Origin: a phage
Sequence record: PX123008.1
Length of the DNA: 44,682 bases
Reading direction: 5' to 3' (one strand)
A model generated the notes under the pieces. It did no database searches and was not told the origin of the DNA. It saw only the letters and a program-made list of their open reading frames with translations. A program made the position numbers and the translations under genes. Within the stretch, counting starts at the first letter, position 1. Each line of letters begins with the position of its first letter. Positions 36,103 through 43,234 of this stretch are shown here, piece after piece.

Positions 36103-36338
36103 GGTATATCTCCGATTGGTTAAGTTTAGGTGTCGGCAGTTAACTTCGTCGGTGGCCTTAACATATTGCCAGGTTACGCGTTCTCCCGTTCGGGTAGTGG
36201 ACCTGGTTATATAATCACGGTTGGGAATCCTGACACTTCGATCCGGCCCCTGCGTTGCCCCTCTCCAGTTTGCGTCCTGCATCCTGTCGACGGAGTGAAT
36301 GATAGATTGGTTGCAGGATGGGTGTCAACAACTAATTT

Positions 36339-36400
36339 CAAAAAAAAGCGCCGAGGCAAAATGCGACGGCGCTAACCAATAAGAGACAATGAGACGAGAA
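36339..36400 (-). ncRNA. candidate small RNA (~60 nt) with its own promoter and terminator
   Basis: minus-strand TTGAAA-N16-TAATAA promoter at 36402..36431; terminator AGCGCCG-loop-CGGCGCT plus T8 at 36339..36373; no ORF. Confidence 0.3.
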
Positions 36401-36443
36401 TTATTATTACACGCGTGCGCGCCCGTTTCAATATCCAAAGGAT

Positions 36444-36472
36444 TTGACACCGTGCGGTTTTGGGTGTAGTTT
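36444..36472 (+). promoter_or_regulatory. sigma70-like promoter (TTGACA-N17-TAGTTT) for the HTH gene
   Basis: hexamers read directly ~30 nt upstream of the GAGGA RBS. Confidence 0.45.
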
Positions 36473-36503
36473 CGTTGGTCATTAACCAACTGAGGACAGA
36501 GCA

Positions 36504-36833
36504 ATGAATGTAAACGACGCAATCGAAATGTTAACGAAGACTGTTTGCAGTGAGACAAGCCGGTCATGGGCTTACACCGATGCCGTGGGGGCGGTGTTAT
36601 TTGAAATCGAACGACTGCGGCTTGCCGAAAAAGAATTGCGCGCCAGGCTGGAACTACTCAATGGTACGGCAGCCAGCAAGCTGCAAAAGCACAATGAAGA
36701 AATGGAAGAATACAAAAAACAGGTTATTCGTTTGCGCGATGAGGGGAAGTCATGGGCGATGATCGCCGAGCTAACCGGAATTAATCAGAGCACCGTGCGA
36801 TCCTGGGTACGCAATAATAAAACCTCTAAGTAA
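36504..36833 (+). CDS. helix-turn-helix DNA-binding protein
   Basis: 109 aa, GAGGA RBS; C-terminal HTH-like segment GKSWAMIAELTGINQSTVRSWVRN preceded by a coiled-coil; directly upstream of the primase-helicase gene. Confidence 0.55.
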   Translation: MNVNDAIEMLTKTVCSETSRSWAYTDAVGAVLFEIERLRLAEKELRARLELLNGTAASKLQKHNEEMEEYKKQVIRLRDEGKSWAMIAELTGINQSTVRSWVRNNKTSK

Positions 36834-36843
36834 GGCAACGGCA

Positions 36844-39108
36844 ATGAGCTTAATTAAATTCGCAGTAACACGACCCGCTAAAAAAGGCGAAAAAGCCAGG
36901 GCGGAAAACTTCCAGATGACCACCGATGAGTTTTTCGAATTTATCAAAGATGCGAAAGAAATCTCCTCGGTGCATATCAACAAGACGGAAGATAAAGCCG
37001 AGTATGCGCGCCGCAAGCGTAAGGCCGATGGCATCGTGGCGTATACCAGTGACGGATTGCGTCGTAAGACCAGTGCGGTGGACCGCTCGATCCTGTTCTT
37101 TGATATTGACCGCACAGACACCCGCACCCTGCGCCGCTGCCGTAAGGCGTTCATCGACGCGGGTCTGGAACACGTATTTCACACCACCACCGGCGATCGC
37201 CACCCGCTGAAGGGCGGCACGCGTTGCGCCCGTTTCCTGGTGCTCACTGACAAGCCTGTACCGGCTGAAGACCTGGGCCGCGTCCAGTATGCACTATTAC
37301 ACCAACTCGGCCTGTCAGATGTGGACTTCGATGATTGCACGAAAGACACAAACCGCCTTATGTACCTGCCTCACCAGCAATCGGTTGTTAAGTGTCACTA
37401 CGGCAAACGTGCCCGCGTCCGTCGTCTGCTTCGCCTGGCGGATAAGCTGGGAGTGAAAAAAGAGGAAGTACGCCGCGAATTAACCCAGGGCGATGACGGC
37501 GTGGCGGACGGCATTCTGGATTGGTGCTTCCAGGCAGGATTCGAACCGCTGTCGTCCGGTCGTGGTTATGAAGTGCCGTGCCCTAACGAACACCTGCACA
37601 GCGGCGAAGGGTCCACCGCTATCATGGTTAAGGATGGCGAGATCCGTTTCAAGTGTATGCACACCGGCAACGAGTGTTGCTCGGAACTGAATAGACACCA
37701 GCACCTGGCGCTACGTCTTATCGGGATCCCGGACCACCTGAACGTCGAACCGCACAACATGTCCCGCAAGCAAATCGCCGCCATCCTTCCGGGACTGGAC
37801 GACGAGGAAGTGGAATCGTGCTATGAACATATCGTTGATGCTGTTGGCGACGGCGAAGAATACGGCGTGTGCACCGATGCGGATCTGGATAACGAGCCGG
37901 TAGCGCTGTTTAGCAAGCACGACCCGATCATCGAGGGGCTGATTAACTTTAAATCGACCTGGTATCTTGCCGGTGAGTCGAACATCGGTAAGTCGTTCTA
38001 TGTGCTGGGCCAGATGGCGTCCGTATCTGCCGGTATCCCGTTTGGCGGTGCGAAGGTCGTCCAGTGCCATAACTTCTATTTCGACGCGGAAGGTGGTGAA
38101 GCCTCCAACCAGCGTAAGGAAGCATTGCAGATCAAATATGAGCACGACCTGGACAAGCTGCACATTATCGATCTGCAATCACGCGGCTGGGATATCACCA
38201 GCAAATCCGGCTTGCGTGAAGTTATCAGCTTCATCAACCGCACCGCTAACGGCGAACCGGTTGGCCTGGTGGCGTTCGACTCACTCAACCAGACTGTTGC
38301 GCTGCGGTCCGCCGATGCGAAGCCGTTCGACGAGAACAACGCCAGCGATATGGGCGAAGTGGTCAAAGCGCTGAAGGCCATCGCGGAAAATACAGGCGGC
38401 AGTGCGGGCGTCATCCACCACCCGGCGAAAGGTGCAAACGGCAGCAGAACGCCACGCGGGTCCGGCGCGCTTCATGGTGCTGTCGATTCTGCGTTCTTCC
38501 TGGAGCAACCGGACGACAATCAGCCCGGCCAATTGAACCTGTATCACGAGAAGGCACGTAACGGCATCAAGCAAGCGCCGCGCGGCTTCGTCCTGCTCAA
38601 GTGCAAGGTTAAGGTGGATCTCCGCAAGTCCGAAGCGTTCGAAGCCCACCAGTCCGCCAGCACCGGGCCGGACTTCGGCGATGTGGTTGCCGGTTGGGAC
38701 GTCAAGCCAATCGCATCCACGCCACGCGACGAGACTCTTTACCTCGTACCGGTCGCCCTGGCACCGTTCGCTATCGAACAGGCAAAGGCCGCTGGCAAAG
38801 CAGCAGTTAAGGAAGAGAACGCCGCAGGACCGCGCAACGAAAAAGAGAAAGTGCTTTATGCGGCGCTGGAAAAACTGATGGAAGATAACCCGGACCATAC
38901 CGGATTCAGTAAGTCGGCAATTGTCCGCCAGGCTGGACTGGCGAAAGGCGGCACATCGACGAAGGCAATCGACGATATGGTCGAGCGCGGCGTACTCGGT
39001 TTTTATACAGATCCGCACACCGGGGCCATCTATGGGTCGTCTAATATCGTCATAAAAACGAATATACCCATCACGCTTTCGGCGACCGATGACGACCTGA
39101 AAGATTAA
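36844..39108 (+). CDS. primase-helicase (AEP-type primase-polymerase domain + P-loop helicase domain)
   Basis: 754 aa; N-terminal ILFFDIDRTD acidic motif; central Walker A LAGESNIGKS and Walker B-like VAFDSL. Confidence 0.75.
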   Translation: MSLIKFAVTRPAKKGEKARAENFQMTTDEFFEFIKDAKEISSVHINKTEDKAEYARRKRKADGIVAYTSDGLRRKTSAVDRSILFFDIDRTDTRTLRRCRKAFIDAGLEHVFHTTTGDRHPLKGGTRCARFLVLTDKPVPAEDLGRVQYALLHQLGLSDVDFDDCTKDTNRLMYLPHQQSVVKCHYGKRARVRRLLRLADKLGVKKEEVRRELTQGDDGVADGILDWCFQAGFEPLSSGRGYEVPCPNEHLHSGEGSTAIMVKDGEIRFKCMHTGNECCSELNRHQHLALRLIGIPDHLNVEPHNMSRKQIAAILPGLDDEEVESCYEHIVDAVGDGEEYGVCTDADLDNEPVALFSKHDPIIEGLINFKSTWYLAGESNIGKSFYVLGQMASVSAGIPFGGAKVVQCHNFYFDAEGGEASNQRKEALQIKYEHDLDKLHIIDLQSRGWDITSKSGLREVISFINRTANGEPVGLVAFDSLNQTVALRSADAKPFDENNASDMGEVVKALKAIAENTGGSAGVIHHPAKGANGSRTPRGSGALHGAVDSAFFLEQPDDNQPGQLNLYHEKARNGIKQAPRGFVLLKCKVKVDLRKSEAFEAHQSASTGPDFGDVVAGWDVKPIASTPRDETLYLVPVALAPFAIEQAKAAGKAAVKEENAAGPRNEKEKVLYAALEKLMEDNPDHTGFSKSAIVRQAGLAKGGTSTKAIDDMVERGVLGFYTDPHTGAIYGSSNIVIKTNIPITLSATDDDLKD

Positions 39109-39183
39109 ATTTTGCGCGCGTTGGTTGCCGATATGGGAATTCCCATATCGCTAAAAGATTAATTTGTGCGCGCGTTGGTTGCC
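39101..39183. repeat. imperfect ~29-bp direct repeats bracketing a perfect 22-bp palindrome
   Basis: aagattaaattttgcgcgcgttggttgcc (39101..39129) and aagattaatttgtgcgcgcgttggttgcc (39155..39183) flank cgatatgggaattcccatatcg (39129..39150); the first repeat includes the primase stop codon. Confidence 0.85.
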
Positions 39184-39250
39184 ATTTTGAGTGTTTTTAG
39201 TTGGTCGCATTGGTTGCCGTGTAGTGTGAATATAATGAATAGTTATGCAA

Positions 39251-39430
39251 TAAAACTGCATAAACTAAGCGGGACAGAAAGCGGGACAAACAAGGGGCGG
39301 GACAAAGCGGGACAGCACCCCCTGTCCCGCCCGGATGGCGCGGCCTGGAGAGGAGCGGGACAAGCGGGACAAAGCCCAGTCTTTCAGACTAGACGGGGGT
39401 CAACGGCCCCCCTCGTCTGAGACTGAATAA
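39251..39430. repeat. iteron cluster B: 6 direct and 1 inverted GCGGGACA copies plus the conserved ~60-bp terminal hairpin
   Basis: GGGACA at 39271, 39283, 39299, 39309, 39357, 39366; TGTCCC at 39323; 39366..39430 nearly identical to 12264..12327. Confidence 0.85.
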
Positions 39431-39585
39431 AATCCGGAGATTGCAAAATACACGGCAGCATGATGCGAAGTGCGGTCGCGGATGAACTAGGCAACCAATG
39501 CTAGTTGCATTATGCGGAGTGGAAAACGCAGTTTGCAGTTACAGCAGATAGCGATCAACTTTTTCATGCGCGTGATTAATATTGG

Positions 39586-39614
39586 TTGCATTCACCCCGG
39601 CACCCTGCTATATT
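39586..39614 (+). promoter_or_regulatory. sigma70-like promoter (TTGCAT-N17-TATATT) with ATTGGTTGCA copies and a conserved leader
   Basis: hexamers read directly; leader GGTTGCACACCAACATGAGGA then ATG at 39643. Confidence 0.55.
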
Positions 39615-39642
39615 GGTTGCACACCAACATGAGGACTGAACA

Positions 39643-39840
39643 ATGGAACACGAAGACCTGGTCGACGAATTGCTTGAGCTGATTGAGGCTGAGAACAAAG
39701 CCGATTTGCAAGCACGCGCAGCATACATGGTCGGCAACATTAAGAAATCGCGCCACTACGCCGGATTGCGTGTAAAGGCGCAAGAGGCATTGCTGCAATT
39801 CCTGGACAGCGTAACCATCACGAAGAGGACTGAACGATGA
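39643..39840 (+). CDS. hypothetical early protein
   Basis: 65 aa, GAGGA RBS, first gene after the consensus-like promoter. Confidence 0.5.
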   Translation: MEHEDLVDELLELIEAENKADLQARAAYMVGNIKKSRHYAGLRVKAQEALLQFLDSVTITKRTER

Positions 39841-40142
39841 GAGCATTAATATGGAATTACACAATGGCTGTGGCGAAGCTGTATGAAGCAAAACACACTA
39901 ACGGCAACGCAGACGACGCGCGCCAGGCTGTCATCCTGGCCCAGCAGGGAATCATGAACGCGTTCGACGATATGTTTGCCAGCCTGGACGAACTGGAACC
40001 GCTGCGCGTGGCAATCTGCGAATATGCGATGGCATTTGCCCGTGAACGCCTGGCGTATCGCTTCGGGATCGGCGAGACGGCAGTGACAAACGTCGCCCGG
40101 ATTAAAGCCCAGCGCGAACTATTCGCCCAGCTTGCGAAATAA
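39837..40142 (+). CDS. hypothetical early protein
   Basis: 101 aa, ATGA overlap with the upstream gene. Confidence 0.45.
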   Translation: MRALIWNYTMAVAKLYEAKHTNGNADDARQAVILAQQGIMNAFDDMFASLDELEPLRVAICEYAMAFARERLAYRFGIGETAVTNVARIKAQRELFAQLAK

Positions 40143-40421
40143 GTGGTAAAAATGGGCCGTAGACGAGCAAAACAGCTTTCGTGGCATATTCCACTGCATT
40201 GCATACGAATATGGGCTAAGAATGCGAATGCGGGGGATTCTGTATTCTGGTGCTATCGCGATGACGTAAAGCCGTTGACGCAGATTCGCTACCTGCACCA
40301 GTTCGCAGCGCAACACGATTTCAGGGTGCGGACCTCCTTGCAACCAATGGGGATTCGTATTACATTACGCCGGAAGCCCGCCGTTGAGCGGGTAGGAAAA
40401 CACTGGAGACTGAGCAAATGA
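40143..40421 (+). CDS. hypothetical early protein
   Basis: 92 aa; start uncertain (GTG 40143 or ATG 40152, both with weak RBS). Confidence 0.35.
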   Translation: MVKMGRRRAKQLSWHIPLHCIRIWAKNANAGDSVFWCYRDDVKPLTQIRYLHQFAAQHDFRVRTSLQPMGIRITLRRKPAVERVGKHWRLSK

Positions 40422-40570
40422 CACCAATGCAAAGAGCACTAATGGCGGGATTCTCGCAGAAGTTTATTTCAGTAGACGCCTGCATAGCTGATTATGAGAT
40501 GGACGGCATCGCTACGGTATGCGATGGCGACTATAAGACTGTTGACGAGATTGAGGAGACTGAGCAATGA
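40418..40570 (+). CDS. small ORF (50 aa), not in the supplied track
   Basis: ATG preceded by GGAGACTGAGCAA, the same context that precedes the next gene; ATGA overlaps on both sides. Confidence 0.4.
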   Translation: MTPMQRALMAGFSQKFISVDACIADYEMDGIATVCDGDYKTVDEIEETEQ

Positions 40571-41094
40571 GATTACTATTCCGCCGCAAATCAGACGGTC
40601 GCATACTGAAGCCGATCCAGACCCTGGATTCCTACGTCCGCTTGCACCGCGCGGCAAGCGATCGGGTATTCCGCGCATCGAAGGGCACATTGCCGCAGTT
40701 CTTCGAAGTCCTCACACACGATATTGAGCGCGGCGATGTGTTGCGTGATATTCGCGACGGGCAATTGTGGGTCGTCGAGTATGTCGGTCTTCATGGCCTG
40801 CGTATGCAATCCCGCAAGGATGGCGTAGCTGGTATGACGTACTTCGGGCTAATCCACTACGTGCGCGTGGGTCGCAAGTACAGCCTTCGCGACCGCCAGC
40901 CGCATGAGCGCGCTACTTACGACGCGACCCAGGTGCAATCTAAAATTCGCCGTGCCGCGCACGAAATCGTCAATCGCTTTGATGCCGTGACGAATGCGCA
41001 GCGCCAGGCACGGGAATACGGCGTCGGGTTTATCCGTGTCGAACCAGACGGCAGCATGAAGGCCATCGACCCGCGCTCGGTGATTCTGAAATGA
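40567..41094 (+). CDS. hypothetical protein
   Basis: 175 aa, GGAG RBS. Confidence 0.5.
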   Translation: MRLLFRRKSDGRILKPIQTLDSYVRLHRAASDRVFRASKGTLPQFFEVLTHDIERGDVLRDIRDGQLWVVEYVGLHGLRMQSRKDGVAGMTYFGLIHYVRVGRKYSLRDRQPHERATYDATQVQSKIRRAAHEIVNRFDAVTNAQRQAREYGVGFIRVEPDGSMKAIDPRSVILK

Positions 41095-41231
41095 GTGCGA
41101 CGATCCGTGATATGCTGATGCACAACCGCTTTGAGATAGGCGGTCGTGTGTTCCGCAATTACTTCGTGGCGCGAGCCTGGGCGCGCCATATTGGCAAACC
41201 AGAGGGGGCAATACGATGCTACACGATTTGA
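41091..41231 (+). CDS. small ORF (46 aa), doubtful
   Basis: ATGA overlap with the upstream stop; overlaps the next gene start. Confidence 0.3.
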   Translation: MSATIRDMLMHNRFEIGGRVFRNYFVARAWARHIGKPEGAIRCYTI

Positions 41232-41503
41232 TTTATTGGTTTGGATTGGGGTGCGCGACACTCTTTGTTACTGTGCTGGCGCTGTTGGTATGGGTGTTCC
41301 TGATTTGGCCCGCGGTGGAAGCCGCCAGCATTACCCGCATGACGTTTCAGATATACAAGCGCCGTGGCATCACTGAGCACCCTACCAGGTTGCGCATGTG
41401 GTGGCTATGGTATCGGGATATGATAGGGGGCAGGATGTTCGAGGCCGTCCGATCGGAAGGGTGGGAGTGGAAAGGCGTCGGCAAGTGGTCCATTTTCGAT
41501 TAA
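41216..41503 (+). CDS. small membrane protein
   Basis: 95 aa, GAGGGGG RBS; N-terminal TM segment (YWFGLGCATLFVTVLALLVWVFLIW). Confidence 0.45.
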   Translation: MLHDLIYWFGLGCATLFVTVLALLVWVFLIWPAVEAASITRMTFQIYKRRGITEHPTRLRMWWLWYRDMIGGRMFEAVRSEGWEWKGVGKWSIFD

Positions 41504-41520
41504 ATACGCAAGCGTGATAT

Positions 41521-41555
41521 AGTCCCAGTGAGATAAAACTTACTGGGACTTTTTT
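41521..41555 (+). terminator. hairpin plus T6 immediately upstream of the holin start
   Basis: AGTCCCAGT-gagataaaactt-ACTGGGACT followed by TTTTTT, then ATG at 41556. Confidence 0.5.
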
Positions 41556-41846
41556 ATGGATAAGCTAAACGAGTGGTTATTTGCCATCGCATGTCTGGCT
41601 GGCGGCTTCGTAGGCGCACGCATTCATGGCGAGGCAACGAAAGGGCCGTTGAACTTCGTTTTATATATCGTGGTTGGCTTCCTGTGTGCCATATTTGGTG
41701 CGCCAGCTATCGCCGAGTGGTCTGGTTTGTCCGGCGAGCGCACTGTCGCCGGTTTGGGCTTCGTAACTGCCATCTTCTGGATGCCAATCGCCGATCGGAT
41801 CAGGGAGACTATTGCGTCGTTCCGACTTCCGGGGGGTGCAAAATGA
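41556..41846 (+). CDS. holin (class I-like, three predicted TM segments)
   Basis: 96 aa with three hydrophobic segments and a charged C-terminus; first gene of the lysis cassette. Confidence 0.6.
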   Translation: MDKLNEWLFAIACLAGGFVGARIHGEATKGPLNFVLYIVVGFLCAIFGAPAIAEWSGLSGERTVAGLGFVTAIFWMPIADRIRETIASFRLPGGAK

Positions 41847-42088
41847 TTATCACCGTCCTGTTGTTTGTTATCATAGGGGCTTCGTCCCTGTTTAACGTGT
41901 ATGCGCCGTCCGTTCAGGATGGCATTTTAGGCCGGGTGTTATATCTGCTAACGGCGATGATCTGCGTTATCGGATTGTTGCAAACAGGAGACGTATCTGA
42001 CACCACCTGGACCGCGTTAATCTGGCTGTTTGCATTGCGCACGCTGCGTAATGCTGTTTTAAATGGGGTAAAACATGCGATTCAGTGA
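41843..42088 (+). CDS. second holin-like membrane protein (holin/antiholin or pinholin candidate)
   Basis: 81 aa, GGGGGG RBS, two hydrophobic segments; ATGA overlap with the holin and overlap with the endolysin start. Confidence 0.5.
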   Translation: MIITVLLFVIIGASSLFNVYAPSVQDGILGRVLYLLTAMICVIGLLQTGDVSDTTWTALIWLFALRTLRNAVLNGVKHAIQ

Positions 42089-42566
42089 CAACGGTCTAAG
42101 ATTTACGGCAGCATGGGAGACTTTCAGCCCAGTGCCGTATTTCGCGACTAAGAAAGAGCAGGCCCGCGGCCTGTACACCTGGGGATATGGTCACACCGGC
42201 ACTAACCCGCCTCGAAGCATTACCCGCGCGGAAGCGCTGGAGCTACTTAAGCGCGATGTGGCGTATGCTGAGGACTGGGTGAATAAATACGCACATCCCA
42301 GCATCAACCAGGCGCAATTCGACGCGCTGGTGGACCTGGTAATCAATGCAGGTCCGGGTCCGATTGTACCGGATAACGTTGCCAATGACTTCGATGATGC
42401 GGTGCGCCTGGGTGACTGGGCGAAGGTCCGTGCTACTCTGCCACAGTTCCGCAAGCAAGGTGGGGAAGTGCTGAAGGGGTTAGTCCGTCGAGCAATCGGC
42501 AGGCAGGCGCTATTCGATGGTAAGCAGTGGGACGTTGCCGAGAAGATCGGACGTAACGCAGCATAA
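42075..42566 (+). CDS. endolysin, GH24 lysozyme family
   Basis: 163 aa; FSDNGLRF...WETFSPVPY...YTWGYGHTG and QAQFDALVDLVINAG match the phage lysozyme pattern from memory. Confidence 0.85.
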   Translation: MRFSDNGLRFTAAWETFSPVPYFATKKEQARGLYTWGYGHTGTNPPRSITRAEALELLKRDVAYAEDWVNKYAHPSINQAQFDALVDLVINAGPGPIVPDNVANDFDDAVRLGDWAKVRATLPQFRKQGGEVLKGLVRRAIGRQALFDGKQWDVAEKIGRNAA

Positions 42567-42582
42567 TACGGGGTAACACAGT

Positions 42583-42996
42583 ATGTTAAAAAGTATTCTT
42601 GATCATAACGCCGACGCGCTCGCCGCGCTGGCTAAAACCAAAGACCCAGGCGCACGCGCTATTGTAGCGGATACGATCAGCCATGCGGGGGTCTTCGACG
42701 CGAAGTTACCCAGCCCGCCGGAAAGTAAGCCGGTGACAAGTGCAACCGTAACTATCACACCGGAATCCGCCGCAGTTGGTGCGAAGGCCACCGCTTCGGT
42801 TGCGGTACAGCCATCCGACGCAACTAACAAGGCCGGGTCGTGGGTGTCGTCGAATCCTGCCTGCGCGGCAATCGATCAGACTACCGGAGAAATCACAGCC
42901 CAAACGGAAGGTAGCGCCCACATCTTTTGGGTGGCATCCGACGGCAGCGGGGTGCTAGCGTCCGCCATCTTCACCGTAACGGGGGCAGAAGAATAA
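42583..42996 (+). CDS. bacterial Ig-like (Big_2-type) domain protein
   Basis: 137 aa; C-terminal ~80 aa resemble a Big_2 fold (TVTITPESAAVGAKATASVAV...SWVSSNPACAAIDQTTGEITAQTEGSAHI). Confidence 0.55.
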   Translation: MLKSILDHNADALAALAKTKDPGARAIVADTISHAGVFDAKLPSPPESKPVTSATVTITPESAAVGAKATASVAVQPSDATNKAGSWVSSNPACAAIDQTTGEITAQTEGSAHIFWVASDGSGVLASAIFTVTGAEE

Positions 42997-43003
42997 AACC
43001 ACA

Positions 43004-43028
43004 AGCCCGGTTAATTCCGGGCTTTTTA
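43004..43028 (+). terminator. rho-independent terminator after the Ig-like gene
   Basis: AGCCCGG-ttaatt-CCGGGCT followed by TTTTT. Confidence 0.65.
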
Positions 43029-43032
43029 TTGC

Positions 43033-43061
43033 TTGACTTGCAACCAATTAATAGCTCATAC
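43033..43061 (+). promoter_or_regulatory. putative promoter (TTGACT-N17-TCATAC) containing TGCAACCAAT
   Basis: good -35, weak -10; followed by leader GCGACCAATCAACGAGAGGAG and a 26-codon ORF. Confidence 0.35.
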
Positions 43062-43093
43062 TGCGACCAATCAACGAGAGGAGTGGTAAACTA

Positions 43094-43174
43094 TGGCACG
43101 TAATGATATTTGGGTATTGGCGATCTGGTCAGCCGCAGCATTTATCGGTATGGTTATTTGCGAATTGCTATAAC
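43094..43174 (+). CDS. small hydrophobic peptide ORF (26 aa), doubtful
   Basis: ATG 9 nt after GAGAGGAG; MARNDIWVLAIWSAAAFIGMVICELL. Confidence 0.3.
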
Positions 43175-43234
43175 CCGCCACAATAGGGACCGTGGTATAT
43201 TGTCCTCGGTCCCATAATCAGGAAGTGGATTAAT

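Noticed and set aside
36103-36282. In-frame N-terminal extension of the acidic repeat protein from ATG 36282
   Set aside because: Weak RBS and an Arg/Thr/Asn-rich composition typical of translated non-coding sequence; the ATG at 36102 has a near-ideal RBS. Kept only as an alternative.
37528-37548. tRNA-like GGATTCGAACC (T-arm-like) sequence
   Set aside because: No matching T-stem, acceptor stem or anticodon arm; lies in frame inside the primase-helicase CDS. No tRNA was found anywhere in the window.
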